Shown here piece after piece: positions 1 to 14,199 of a DNA stretch of 64,000 bases. The translations under genes were made by a program, and so were the position numbers. How positions within the stretch are numbered: position 1 is the first letter of the stretch; the number at the start of each line of letters is the position of its first letter. The stretch is taken from the NCBI GenBank assembly GCA_964188305.1, contig OZ076889.1; one strand, 5' to 3'. A model generated the notes under the pieces. The model was not told where the DNA came from, did no database searches, and saw only the letters and a list, made by a program, of their open reading frames with translations. The stretch is from Podarcis bocagei (lineage: Eukaryota).

Positions 1-1093
1 GGGAGGACATCATCACTATCACAGCATTTCTCTTCTCTTCTCTCATTTCTAAGTCCTGCATTAAGGATGATTTGCTGTTTCTGTTAAGTCACCTAAACAA
101 TATGGTATGTATTATTCCTGAGGTAGATCATTCATTTCATCGGGCTGTGTGATTTAGTGTCTCCAGTCAAATAACTTTGCCATTATACCTTTGCAATCCT
201 TTTTTTTTTTTTTAAGCAATTGGACTGCAGCTCCTTCTCTTGAAACATTGCAATGTTATTTTGGACTGTAATGATGAGCTCGTTTTTCTCTCCAAATGAC
301 AATATTTATTCTATCTATCAATGCCTTCCCTCCTCTGTTTTGCCATTTCCTACCAAAAGGGAATAATTTATCATTCAAAGGTCTCCTGGGTTCCTCTCAA
401 CCTGGTGCTCCATCCCCTCCTGTACATTCAACAAACTTATGCCTGCTGTAAATGCAGTCAATATTTACAGTTCTGAAGACAGAAAAAAATGAATTTTTGC
501 TGCAATTACAGTGGTTCAAAAGGGGTGTGTGTGGGTGGGTGTGGGTGTGTTGTTAGATGTAGATATTTCTAACCACTATTAGCTAATGGTTAATTCAATT
601 TTTTGCAGGTTTGTTTCCCCTTTAAATGTCATGATGTCATTCCAATGCTTGAAGACTGATGTCCACAACCTCTAAAAGAGAATCAAAATTATGTTGTAGG
701 GCCAGTACTGGGAGCCTTGCTCCTCACTCTAATATGTCTTTTTATAATACACACATCTAAAATTAGGATACATGCACCCAAAATGAACATACTTTATGGG
801 AGAGGGCATAAATATAGAATAAAGATTTAAGCCAACAATGACTGTGCACCTGCAAACTGCAATGGCAGTGATGGAGAAAAATAAAAAGGGGAAAATGTGC
901 TGATCATCAGTTCTGGTAGCTTTACATTTAAATTTAAACTGAAACTGACAACATAGTTGCGTAGGGCAGCATTCCTATACATAGAGCTCATTGGTTTGCC
1001 TTGCTATTTTGCACTTATTTGTTTATAAATTCCTTATCCTTTATTATAAATGCATATCAGGAGGAAATGCCCTCTCCAACTGTTTATATATGT

Positions 1094-1183
1094 GATCGCA
1101 GTCCTGCACACATGTATAGGAAATAAAGCCTCACTGTGTTTAATAAGGCTTACTCCTAGGAAAGTGTGCAAGGGATTGCAGCC
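1094..1183. repeat. Short (~90 bp) dispersed, quasi-palindromic squamate repeat (GCAATCCT...AGGATTGCAGCC type)
   Basis: Ends gcagtcctg / gggattgcagcc are roughly inverted. Similar copies at ~10230-10330, 13590-13665, 45570-45655, 54590-54665 and 62790-62872. Confidence 0.6.
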
Positions 1184-1384
1184 TCAGAGCACAAACAACA
1201 AGAGATTTCTGAGCAGACTTCATTGATTTCATCATCTGGAAGCATCATAAGAAGGCCCTCCTCTTGAGACAGAATTTGGGCAGTCAGGAATGAGTGGGTA
1301 TGATTCGGTGATATTAGGATTAACATGATATTACTACAAGTTGATGATGATGCGTAACATCTCTTGGCACTCAAAATAAATATT

Positions 1385-1682
1385 ATTCTTTTTATTTATA
1401 AAATCTGTATAGCGGTCTTCATCCCAAGATCTCAGGGCTATTCACAGCATAAAAACAACAACAACGTAACAAAAACAAAACTGACCCATAACACATACAC
1501 ACACATTTAGAAGTACATAGAATGTCAATCAGTTAAAGGCCTGGTTGAAAAGAAACTTTTTGGCCAGGAACGTAAGATGTATAATGAAGGTGCCAGGAGA
1601 GCTTCCCTAGGGACAATATTTACAAAGGAGAAGCCACTGCAGAAAAGGCCCATTCTCGTGTTGCCACCATCTAGACTTCTCC
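1385..1682 (-). mobile_element. L2 LINE 3' fragment
   Basis: A-rich tail plus degenerate ORF2 C-terminal region; same pattern as 14200-15085 and 57720-58260. Confidence 0.7.
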
Positions 1683-2847
1683 CCATTCATTTAATTGCAA
1701 AGGAAACACAACACAAATGGGGAGAAAATTTAACCAATTACGTATCATTTGCAGACTGAAAGCAACAGCACCATCAAACACTGATCATATTCGCTGGGTT
1801 GATTTCCATTCCAGACACTGGATGAATAAATAGACACCTGCCATTTAAACTCCCATTTCTGTTTTCGTTAGACATTTCTACCTGTGACAAACTGCTGGTC
1901 CTGCCCCTCACTGACCACACAAATGGGGGCAGAAGGCTTGAAGCAGAAAGCATGCTCTACAGTTAGAGCCTGCCCATGCAATTTAATGAAGAGCAACTGA
2001 TTATGACTTACCACAAGGTTGTTCTTCTTATTGGACTCCCATCATCCCAAGCCGCTGGCCATGTGGCTGGATCAACGATGGGAGTTGGAGTGCAATGAAA
2101 ACTGGAAGGACACCGGTCATACATCCCTAGCTTATAAGAAACTGAAAACAAGAAGAAAGTGGAAACCAGTGAAGAGAACAGTACAATGGGGGGGAAATAT
2201 GACACGGACAATGAGCAGAAATATCAAATGATTGCCAATATTTAAGACAAGATGAGCAGGCTTTAGAAGCATCCATTTGCATTGTTTATATTAATGTATA
2301 CCATGAACTAGCAATAATAATACAGTTTGCTTGGAAATCTTATTGCCTGTTCTGAGCCATTAGATCACTAGATAGAATAAACAAAAAGAGAACGAGGCAA
2401 ACAACTACCGCCCTGGGTTATTTTTTTCTTGCAATGCAAATTTTATTCCCAAATCATATCTGTACTACACGCTTTCCCACTCTGTGCTGAGGCAGATTTT
2501 TTTCTTTCCCAGTCGCTTCTTCGTATTTGGATAATTCAATCAGAGCTCCAAAATTTTGCCAGTTCAGTGCAACATTTATTACTTTGCTGTGTTATGAGCA
2601 GTGCATTAAACATCACACCGAAACACGGTTCGCAAGTAGGGCAAGCCTAACGCATACTCATCACCAATTTTCACAGATGTGTCCCGACAGCATTCAGGCA
2701 GAATCCCATGATTAAATGTGCATTGATAGAAAACAGGTTGCCTTCATTTAAATTCTTAATAGCTAATCAGCTGGCCCAAAATGCAATTTTGCTTTAAATG
2801 GTTCAAGCAATTGGAAAATCCTGAATTAGTAGCAAGATCCCCCTATT

Positions 2848-2914
2848 TCATAGAATTATAGAGTTGGAAGGGATCCTGAGGGTCATCTAGTCCAACTCCC
2901 TGCAATGCAGGAAT
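2848..2914 (-). mobile_element. CR1 LINE 3' end
   Basis: catagaattatagagttggaagggatcctgagggtcatctagtccaac is the reverse complement of a typical CR1 3' terminus. Confidence 0.75.
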
Positions 2915-5261
2915 TTCTTCCTCTCAGTTCCAGAATTTGCTGGACTCCTGTTAGTTTTTTTATTATGTTTATAATTTATATTCCATTCTTTATTTGGGCA
3001 GCTGTCAGGTGTCCTCCAACCTGACACTTATCAAGGCCTGAAATGCTTAATGTTTTAGCAATGCCTTCAGAACAATCTTACAAGCCAGCATACTTTTCTC
3101 ATAAATGAGGGTGACATTTAAGGTCAAGTAGTGAAGTCACCACCACATCTGCAGTCTAGTTACTCACAAATGCTTCAGAGAAAAGGGGGTGGCAACAGCT
3201 TTATGTTGGCACAATGATCTGGTCCAGACTGAGCTTGACCAGACCATGACCATCAGACTGCCTTATATCCAACTGATATGAACAAGCCGAAATCACTAAC
3301 TTATTCTGGAACGAGTTCCCATCAATAATAAATCATATTCAAGAAGTGAGCTGATTGAAAAGGTGGTGGAGAGTTATATGTTGGGGAGGTGATATTTAAC
3401 GGAAACGAACCAAGAATATATCTTACTATCTCACATCACAACTTTTTGGGAAGGTGTCGAATACATCATCTCAATACTCTGAAAGCCGGTCTATAATTTA
3501 GTATCAATAATTCATTTAATTCAGTATCATTATCTCCATATTACAGGTGCAGGCAAACATAAAGATGTAGGCCTTCTATCCACTTACATGGTAAACATGC
3601 CTGAACATCAACATCAGAATGCAATTGAGAATGCACAAGATTCCTTCCACAGATATAATGTTCCAGAGAAACAATATATTAGGAACAAAGCTTCTAGCTG
3701 AGCCCTTAGCCCTGGCTAGGGTAGCCATGTGTCTTACTTTGCGGAGGACAACAAAGGACACCATCTTCCTCCCTATAGTGAGATGTATTGTATTTAAGTT
3801 ACAGCGATTATTTCTCTGTATAAACAGCATGTGCAAATTTTATGGAAATCTGTGCCCTCCTTGTATCTCCCTCTTTTTGTTTCCTGTGTGTAGGAAACTG
3901 TCTGATTCCATGAAATAAGTCAATGCTTGCAGTGTTGCAACTGAAATGCAGGTTTAACAGCTTGGTGAGAACTAAGCCGGAGTCACCTAATTAGTTCATG
4001 GCTGAGCCACTGTTTCAATAAGCAACTGTCCAGCTCATAGCTAACCCTTTTATGTATTTCTCTGCACCAGATTCTAAGGTAACAAGGAGGCAATTAAAGG
4101 TGCTACTAACAGAGCCTGCATCCCTTGCTTGTCACACAGCCTAATTCCTGGACAGTTCTTCCCTTTTTTACATCTCTTGCTTCTGTGTTATACAATCCTT
4201 GCTAATGTTTATTCAGCAATGTTGCTCTCACCAACACATACAGAAGAATGTGTTAGCCTTACATACCTGATCCGAATTAAGCTGTGAGCTCTGCTGGGAT
4301 TTCCTGGAAAGAAAATTGGCAAAACATGCAATGTGTCTTCCTATTTAATTAGGGTGGTTTTGCTTAAATGTGGCACAGTAAATGCCACTGAAAGATAACA
4401 AACATATATAAATGACTGGGTTTCCATTTAGATATTTAGTCCTATCCAATGGCCATGTTTACAGAAGATAAACGAGCTCATCTATGCTCACATCTTCAAA
4501 TTAAAATTAGCTTTGTTATTTTACTGGTGATACCCAATTGCTCTGCTATTAAAACTAAGGGCTAGACAGCATTTCCATTTACCATCCCTGTTTTTAGGGT
4601 TTATTATCTTTTCGGTTCTGAATTTCATTAGGCTGCAAATTAGCTGTCAGCATGAATATGAATTATGACCCAAATTGCTATTTTCTGTGGAGAAAAACTG
4701 TAAAAAATATATATTAAAAACCTGCAAGAAGCAGCACTTGGGTACAGGAGCCCTTTCCTTAATTATTTTCTTTTGCCCTGAATTCTTCAATGGGTGGCAA
4801 AATTTGCCTTCTTTCGGGAAAAATAAATGGGCCTGATCTCAAAAGCTAAAAGATTCCTAAATAATTGCTGAAGGGACATGATATTTCAGCCTTGTGCAAG
4901 GGGAAAAAACCTTCACTACCAGGAAAAGAATGGGGGTACCAGAGAATGGAAGGCTGTAGAAGAAACCCAATGGGCTGCTTGTCCAGCAGCAAAGGATGTT
5001 CTGTATGTCCCCCCCCCACTTGGGCTTGGGCTGCCATTGCAGTGCTTCTCACTCCTTCCAAAAGATGTACAGAGTGTCATTTCCTGCTGGAGAACCTAGT
5101 CCCAAAAATGTGTGGCAGGAAAAAGGCATCACGGTGGACTGTCTACCTGTCCAGCATTCCTGTCCTCAATGGAGCTCTCCACCTATTAGCCCTCACCATT
5201 CTCATAGATGAGACCTTCTTAGGAGATGGGGAAGGAGGCAGCAGAGGGTGAGGGTCCAATC

Positions 5262-6058
5262 TGTGAGGGCTTCCTTGAGATAGCTGCACCCCCTCCCTGG
5301 GGGGGGGTTAAGGCAGGCCACACGCTCTCCCCGTGTACAGCGGGGGGCGTGGCAGTGCCACCCACATCACAGGGAGTCCCAGCCGTGTCACGCCCCATGG
5401 CCGACCAATCCGGTCGGCCAGGGGGGCATGACTTGCGCTCCTTAAGCGGCTGGAGGGTCCTCCCTTCTCACCTTCGTCTTCATCAGATCTCCCGCCCTCC
5501 CGTCCTGTTTTCATGCATTCGCCATTTTGGCTTTGCTATGGACAACGGTTGGTTGCCTTTTGAGGGGCCAGGTAGGAATTTTCCCACTTGGCAAATTAGC
5601 ACCCGCCATGTGGTTTTCACCTGCCTCGTAACAATCGTCACAACTTTGTCAGGTTTGGCGGTTAGGCATTGGTAAAACCTGGTTTATGGGAGGGGAGGTT
5701 GCGGCCTTCACCTGCCCCTCTTCTTTAAGGGTATTCCATTAAAGGGGGGGGTGGATCTCTTCCGAAGCCTGGGTATGGGCTAGGGCCATGCCATGACCCC
5801 ATTGGGGACCCTAGGGGAGCTCTCAGTTGATGTACATCAACAGGGCTCCCCCTACTGGTGGTTGACTCTTACTAGACTACCTGCATGGCTGGCAGGAGTC
5901 AGATATAGTCGGTTCAATTCCAGTGCCTAAGCCAATACCACTCACATTCTGTAACCAAAAAAGGTGTGGCCTTAATTAGCCCATTAACCCAAAATACTGG
6001 TGTCTGTGTGTTTTATTATTCAACAAATAGGGCAGGGGGGTCGGGGCCTTGATATGCA
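5262..6058 (+). mobile_element. GC-rich LTR-like element, possibly a DIRS/Ngaro (tyrosine-recombinase retroelement) terminal repeat or non-autonomous copy
   Basis: Sharp GC/CpG-rich block running TG...CA; CCAAT at ~5405; 3' region aaaggtgtggcc...tgtctgtgtgttttattatt; no TSD found. Confidence 0.5.
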
Positions 6059-7210
6059 AAGGACTGCACTCACATAGTTAAATACCCACTTCCAATTCTA
6101 ATTCCATGCTTAATCCCAAAACACTGGAAGTGCAAGTTTTCCAGGAGTGTGCTTTCTTCAATAGTGGCATCCTATCTCAGTTGTTTTTTTTTTTTTGTGC
6201 TTGACTCCAGACCAGTTAGAGAACCAGCATTCTTCAGTGACTCAAGCTCTTCTTGTGCCCAGCTGCCTTGGTCTTTTTCTTTCTTTGACCTTGGCTGCTA
6301 GTAGGGTTGCCAGTAGGGTTTGCAATAGGAGCTACTGATGACTGAGACATCACTGAAGTTTGTGTGAGGGAGGGAGATTTCCCACCCCCTCCTAGTTAAG
6401 AAAGAAATGAGCAAAGAGAAAGAAGGAAGTGGGGAAATTGGCTAGAGAGAAGGCACAGCACATTTCTTAAATGCATAAGCCACAAGCTTAGCTTTCTTGA
6501 AAATGAAGTCCGTATTGGGCATGCTGAAATGCTTACAGAGGCATTAGCATAATCGGTCTCCTGCTTGCATTACTTTATCTCCTTAGCATGGCCACCCTCT
6601 TTTCAGCATTACATTGATTCAATAATGCAGCTGCTTCCATAATAATCACACAATGCAGGACCCATATCTATACAGGCAGTGACAGTGTCAGGCTTGAGAA
6701 GTTTGCGATTTTGGTAGGTGACACAGGAGCAGGGCATTTCTCCTCCAGCTGCAAATGTGCAATTGCACTGGAATTGAAGGTGCAAGTGTCTGGAGAGCAG
6801 CACTTTATATTAAGGCAGCACAAAGCAAGGAGGATTATTTAAATATATGTATATATCAGTTGTCTCAGCTTCCCCCCCACCCCCCGTTTCTTAGCACAGC
6901 ATGCTGATTAGCAGTATATAACAAATATCTGAAGTATATCTCTCTCACACACACATACACGAATGGCACACAGTGAAGCACGTTGCTTTGGAAGTGGACC
7001 TGGACCGCCTGGGAGGGGCAGCAGGTCCACCCGCTGCCTTCTCTGCCATTGCTCCTCCTCCATCCACTAGCTCTCCTCCTGCACTGCACACGCCCTTTGC
7101 TCATTGCCTTCTCCCTGCACTTTGCTCAGCGGAGAGAGATGGCTGATAGCTCAAACCCTTCAGCTGCCACCACTGCATACCTGCTGCCCTGTCACTTTGC
7201 CTTGTATGTA

Positions 7211-7553
7211 AAAAGGTAAAGGTAAAGGACCCCTGACACTTAGGTCCAGTCGCAAACGACTCTGGGGTTGCAGCGCTCATCTCGCTTTACTGGCCAAGGG
7301 AGCCAATGTTTATCCGCAGACAGTTTTTCCAGGTCATGTGGCCAGCATGACTAAGCTGCTTCTGGTGAAACCAGAGCAGTGCATGGAAACGCCGTTTACC
7401 TTCCCACCGGAGCAGTACCTATTTATCTACCTGCACTTTGATGTGCTTTCGAACTGCTGGTTGGCAGGAGCTGGGACTGAGCAATGGGAGCTCACCCCGT
7501 CACGGGGATTCGAATCACCAACCTTCCAATTGGCAAGCCCTAGGCTCAGTGGT
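7211..7553 (-). mobile_element. Sauria SINE, 5'-truncated
   Basis: (ACCTTT)n tail seen as aaaggtaaaggtaaagg; body matches 14613-14968; 9-bp TSD ttgtatgta at 7202-7210 and 7554-7562. Confidence 0.92.
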
Positions 7554-7831
7554 TTGTATGTACAGCAGCCCAAAAAGCAGCAAAGTAGTGGCATGGTAAA
7601 TGACCAAGCCTTCCATGTGTTGGTGTGGGTGTTGGGACGAGCTTAAGAATATCCTCCTCCTTTTTCCCCTTTTCCCTCCTCCCCATGCCTCAGAGAAAAC
7701 TAAAAATAGTGGAGACATCATAGCCCTTGTTGTTGTTGTTTGGAAACAGGGGTGGACTAGCATGGTATTTAAGGCTGTTGCCCTCCTCTCCCTCTGTTTT
7801 CCGTTTGCAGTGCCCTGCCTTCTCTATAGTA

Positions 7832-8057
7832 CAGTGGTACCTCTGGTTAAGAACTTAATTCGTTCTGGAGGTAAATTCTTAACCTGAAACTGTTCTTAAC
7901 CTGAGGTACCACTTTAGCTAATGGGGCCTCCCGCTGCCGCCGCGCCACTGCTGCGCAAGTTCTGTTCTCATCCTGAAGCAAAGTTCTTAACCTGAGGTAC
8001 TACTTCTGGGTTAGCGGAGTCTGTAACCTGAAGCATTCGTAATCCAAGGTACCACTG
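7832..8057. mobile_element. Tc1/mariner-superfamily MITE
   Basis: TIRs cagtggtacct / aggtaccactg with TA on both sides; opposite orientation to the copies at 22044 and 54670. Confidence 0.9.
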
Positions 8058-10446
8058 TATTTATCTTCTGCTTGCTGCCTTTTATAGGGCTGAATAGGAA
8101 TTTACAGTGAGTCCCTGATTGGCGCTTGAGGGACTCTGTTTTTACCTACTTCACACTGTAGAGCATCTCATGTTGATTTTGCATTACACTGAGTTGTTGC
8201 AAATCTTCTTTCTGGGTTTGGAGGCAAACACATGGTGCAAGTAAAGTCTTCATAACCTGATCTGAGATCAGAATTATGCATTTTCATAAAAAAACAAGAA
8301 AAGCAATCTACATACACATCAAATACAAACTTCACATTTAATCGTTTAAAATCTCATTTGTTCTTATTTCTTGGGCTTGTACAGAAAAATTCTCCAGCGT
8401 TGACAAAGAAAGAATTATTTGTCAACATCCATATTGTTTTCCCTCTCATCATCTGGATGTCAAAGTTGTTCCCCAAGGATTTAACCATTTTTCTATTATA
8501 TTAGTGCGCCAAAGAAAGGGCATAGCCATAAATAAGGGTCAAGGTCTTGTACAATTTTTCATATTTCTGCCTAATAAGTTGTATGTTGCCAATCCACTTT
8601 TATCAGACTACATCCTAATCATTCAAAAGCACAATTTGCAACAGAGAAATACTTCTGCTGCATGAGAATCAGAAGCATTGATGTTAACTCTTTTGGTTGT
8701 GGCAACGCCAATGTTGTAATGTTGGAAATGGAAAACAGAATGTACTAAGAAATATTAGTTGTTACAGTTTGGGATACCATCAAAAGAGACAAAAATATCA
8801 GCATGGAAGAATTTATTTAATGATAAATGGCACTTTGTAGGGGTATACATGGGAGATAGAATGTAGAATAGGAGGGAGGCATGTGAGTCACAAAATGCAG
8901 ACACACAGGAATCATTCATGGATGTATTCTATCCAAAGGTTGAATGCAAATAATATTGAAACATTATCAAAATCAAAAATATACACCTGGGGTATCTGAT
9001 TTTTACATCACAATGTTAGCTACTTTGAGAATATTTTGATTGAAAGCGATCTACACCATGTTTGGGACAATGTCAGGGCCAGAACAGAGCTGTGGGCCAT
9101 TTTATCCAGTTCTTGACTATTGATATGTAGGTCAAAGTCAGAAGGTGGAATCGAAACTGTAGAATGGTAGCAGGATGACACATTTCTCTGTTCACCAGGC
9201 AAGCAAAATAAACTAGGATCATGGTATACTCAGCCTGGCAGATCCAGGTATTCACTCACAACTTTTCCTTCTGAAGCCAAAGCTCACAGACTAGATTCCT
9301 GGTTCATACTGTGGAATTCCAGACCCACAATACTTTCAATCTTTGCAGCTAGTCTTTCCACATAGGACACAAAAACTGGGAGGAGACCTACTTCTTCTAT
9401 ATAAAAATGTCCTGTGAAAATTCCACCACATTGATTTATTACCTGATGAACAGATCTTTGCAGACCAGTTCCATAATGAAACATTAAAGGTCCAAATGGA
9501 AACAAAACAATCCTACCCGTAATGTTCCAAAAAGGGGGGGAGGGGAGAGAAAAAATCAATTTCCTTACTTAAATCTCAAATCTAGGGGATACTTGGACAT
9601 CCATAAAGATTGCAGTCTGATCCATATCTTAAAAGATTAGTGATCTATGGCAAAAAATTGTGAGAGTTTTTCCATAAGAGGATGAGTTTAGGCATGGCAG
9701 CCTTGAATTTCATTGATTTTCTGGTCTTAAATCATCCTCTTTACATTATTTTAATATACTTTAGAATTTAATTATCTAAAAGTAGAACCACATATTCTCA
9801 TTCCAGGAGCTCTTTACTATAAATATTCATATAAGTACTGTATGTTTTCAAATTAGACTACTCTCCGCTAATCATGTTTTCATAATGAAATTTATTTAAG
9901 TCTAATATAGACGTAATGTAGAGTAATGTATCTTCTGCACCTCAAAATGAATGTTAAAGAGTGCAAATTCATTATATTTTAGCAGCAGATCTCCTTTTAA
10001 TCTCTGCTCTATAGACATTAGAGTAATTTTTTCCTCAACATAGTGATGAGGAATCAAAACTAATTTTCAGGTGTTTTTTTTTATTTAAGAGCAGTCTTTA
10101 TGAGTATACTCATCCTATTCTGTTATGCCTTTAACATCTTCCAGTGCTCTTTATTTTAAACCCAGCATTAATACATAGGTAGAATATTATGGTCCTCCCT
10201 TACTAGTGATCAAAGTTATTTCAGTGATGCAGTAAATAGAGTTTCTACTCTTATGTCAACAGAGAAGCAAATCTCATTGAGTTCAGTGAGGATTTATGTA
10301 AGATAAGTAGTTGGGGAATGCACTTTTAGGCATGAGCCTGAACCAACAGCATTGCACAATCTATTTTCATTAAGTGGAGGGGGGGCGATCTGGATGATAC
10401 TCTGTGCCCTTTCCAAACTTGTGGTCCTGTGTATGTATTGGGGGCG

Positions 10447-10875
10447 TGTTAAAATGTATAAGAACAAGCTTTCTCAAACCAGTTTCTTTTCTAAGAAATG
10501 GCCTAGGCTGACTAGTTAAGCACCATGATTAGCAAAACCGAAGGAGCTGCTCTGTTCCCAACTTAGCTGCTAGGTAGGAGAACCAAAACCAGTGTCGTGT
10601 TTGAGACAGCTGTAACAAAAAACAGTTTGGAGACAGGGAGATTTTTATTTTTGTTACAGCTCTGTGCTGCTCTTTGCTGAAATTTGGGACTTCCCCTGGC
10701 AACCAAATGGGGAAGCGAGCTCTACTGTGAGCCCCTCCATCCTATGCTCAGGTTGTAGTTACGTGTAAATAAAACCACAGTCTCTGCTGACTTTCTTTCT
10801 AAGGAAACCAAACCCCAGAAGAATGCTTGGGATCCCCGAAGTTCAGGAATTCAGAGATTAGGGTGGCATGTAACA
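10447..10875 (+). mobile_element. Probable solo LTR (left boundary uncertain)
   Basis: tgtta...taaca ends; AATAAA at 10768-10773 about 100 bp before the end; no TSD recovered. Confidence 0.45.
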
Positions 10876-11444
10876 CTATATTAGAACGCTCTATAAAGTC
10901 AATAGGATTCTTGGATTAATTATTTTCCTTTATATGGTTAGACAAAAGCTTAAAATGATGTTCAGAAGTAGTGTAAGCAGCAGGGAAATCCTTCTCTAGG
11001 CTGCTACCCCCAACTTCAAGCAATGTTCCTGTTTATACTTGACATTTTCTCACCTTAGAAGTAGAGTTTCTGGAATAGAGAGGGTTTCAAATTGATTAAG
11101 AACCATAGGCGATGGTATCCAAAGGGTATGGTCATGTCTAGCTCTGAAAATTATGGAATTTGAGAGGTTTTAATCACTGCACAGTTTCTTTCCTATATAT
11201 TTTTAAGTGGGAATTTTGGGCATTGCAAATTCTGCATCAACTGTACGATGCATACAAATGGTGTCACATCACCTCATTCCAATTTGCTTGTACTTGCTGG
11301 ACCTGAAATACAGTAAAGTGGTGATGTAAGATAAACCACAAGACTAAGTGTGAATGGAATCTTTGAGTGATTGTTTTCCCCCCTCAGCAGTTTTGAAACA
11401 AACGGGAAATGCCAAACTTTGAAAACATTGGTAATAATATTATG

Positions 11445-11446
<2 letters not shown>

Positions 11447-11492
<46 letters not shown>
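11447..11492. repeat. (AAT)n microsatellite
   Basis: Direct observation; it explains the poly-Ile ORF 11274..11513. Confidence 0.98.
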
Positions 11493-13334
11493 TTCTAAAT
11501 CACTAGATCTCATGGTCTAGAGGCTCAGACCTCCCCTGTAACAGGGTTGTGTTTAATGCTACAGGGGGTGAAAAATATTGAGAAAGAGCCACCTGAGAAA
11601 AAGCTTCTGAATCAGACACTGCCTCAAAAGTTGACACTGAAGGGACATCCTAGATGCAAGCAATACCTCTCAATTCTGTTCTGCCCCTCCTCTATCTTAA
11701 AAGGACTAACACCCCAGAACCACCTATAGCTCTGGAGGGTATCATTTGCAGTCACACATGTCCAGGGACATCAGGAGGGTTTCTAGCCTGACCAGAGCAC
11801 AGCAGAACAGCCCCCTTAAGATCAAAGGGTTCCCCCCCCTTTGAATGTTTGACACCCCATACGGTTGCAGTTGGCTGCAGACTATTATTAGAGCAAAAAT
11901 CCATAGACTGTATCTGTAGCCTTGGGTTACATCCATCCTGACAACGTAAACCAGTTGCCACAGGACACTGTCCATGGTTCTGACCTGTGGATGTCTGGCA
12001 GCATTAGAAATGGGAGGTCTTTGAATGCCTCTCATATCTCCATCCAGCAAAGGCACAACTAACTTTGACAAGTACATATAGGATGCCAATATGGGTAACA
12101 TAATGGGTTTATGTCTGCATAAATGTGGGAAGAAGGAATCGGAATCTTAATGAATAGTATGAGAATCTTTCTTGTGCAGGTTCTTTGCCTGAAATATACA
12201 TTGATCATTCTCTAAGCACCCAAAATGAGTAACCCAAATGTGCTAATTGCTGTATTTTACATCAGCAAAGCTATGGATATGCCCCATTGGCAGTGTGTCC
12301 TCAACATCCTCAGAAAAGCTGGGTTTGACAAGCTCAGCAGATTTCATAGTGGCTCATATTCGTGAACTATTGAAGAGCAATTTAACACTTTTAAAAAGGT
12401 ATCTTCCTAATTTTCTGATAGTTGGTCTTATGGAGAAAATTCTACTGCAGTTGTGAAATGGATCAATATCATTGTATTCTTCTCTTTGTATTTCTAGCAC
12501 AACCTTTTTCTTTTATATTGCTCTGTTGACAAATAAAAAACCCCACTGAAGTCAAATACACTAGAAGTTTTAGAAGCTATTATCATAAGATTGATTAACT
12601 TATGCTATTTACTTTTAACAATAGCCTTTGGTGATAAGGAAAAATGCATTTTCTCACTCCCAATCCATGAAACAGTTATTAGACACATATTACATTGTCT
12701 GTATGGTAAAATCAATGCAAGTTTCTCTTAGATGTGTTCAGTTTATGTATGACTTTCAGGAAGCCAAATTCAGTCTGAAGATACTTAACAGAGTGTTTTT
12801 TTATCACATCTAATAAAATGTGTATACTACATAATTTCTTAGAGGTATATTTAACTTTATGCAAAGTTATTCCCAATGAATATCATCAGAAACCAAGTCC
12901 TGGTCTCAATAACTTTTGTATTAGAGAGGGGATATGAAAGTATCACTCACATAATGATGAAGTTAATTCAACTGCAGCTGGAAGTGGAAGGCAGTTAACT
13001 AGGCACCTAATTTTAGATCCCTATCATTATTAATACAGGGACTCTCTTATTATGTACTCTTGCTGTCCTAGTATTTATTTCCCTTGTGGGATTCTATATA
13101 ATGTCAACTATACAACTATGTTGTTTTTTATAAAAATAAAATAAAAGTAAGCATCAGTAATAAAATGCACTATGCTGGCAATTAGGATTGTAGCCTCAGG
13201 TAGAATTGTAGCCACCAAACCCAGTAGAATTTGCTTGTTCGTGTTGCTGCCTTCCCATTACCAGCTATTGTGTGTTGAACCAATGAAAACAAGTGGGTGT
13301 GGTTTCATTTCATGGCATTCATGATTCTTCTCAT

Positions 13335-13440
13335 CCACATTTTCTCCTCACAACCCTAAGACATAGGCTGACAGTGAAAAGTTCAAGGTCAGCCTGGGAG
13401 CTTCATAAATGAGTAGCGATTTTCACCCTGGTCTCCTACA
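13335..13440 (-). mobile_element. Old MIR/CORE-like SINE fragment
   Basis: cctcacaaccct...aaggtcagcctgggagcttcat...ccctggtctcc; similar fragments at ~3960-4050 and ~45670-45790. Confidence 0.5.
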
Positions 13441-14199
13441 CCCGAGGCCACATTCTGGAAAGAAGGCATGAAAGTGAATAAGTAGAGGTATGGGGATAAT
13501 TGTTTTCAATAGGGCTGAAAGTTTTTTGGGGGGGCATTGTTAACAGTTACCGGTATGTGGGGCACATTCAAGCCTTCAATTTATGCTCCAGTCCTATCTG
13601 GGATTCTTCCCCATGGAATTTAGTGAGGCCTGCTTCTGAGTAGTGTATGCTTATTATGGCATTAAGCCACACTAGAAATCGTGAGAGTAGGAGCCCCTTA
13701 TAAACCAAGGTTAGAGATGATTCGGTTTAGTTAGGCACTAACTACAGTGGTTTAGTGTCCACAACTTTGCAAAGGAAGAGAATGGGAAGAAAACAATAAC
13801 AATCTGGCACCACCACTGAGTGCTTATGCAGGCAGGGTTCACAATTAACTTCAATGGGAAGAAGCAGAAGTATCACGTATTAAATGAACAGGGACACCTT
13901 TCCAAGTTGGAAGTTGCCTGTGCAACTTTCCTATCCATTCATAAAATTGGTTGCTTCCTGGGGTTTCATCTGAGGTTTCCAAAATTTTGCTTTACCAATG
14001 CTCTACTTGTGTAACTGCTGGCTGACCATCACTTTGGAATATTTTGCAGTCCATAAATTACCACTGCAGATGAGCCAGTGCTGATTCACTATATTCAGGA
14101 ACCACAGCTCAATTGTTGTTTTTGTTGTCAAAATTTGCATACTGCCATTCGTCCAAAAGTTACAAGGTAGTTTGCCACATAAAAATACAAAATGAAAAC

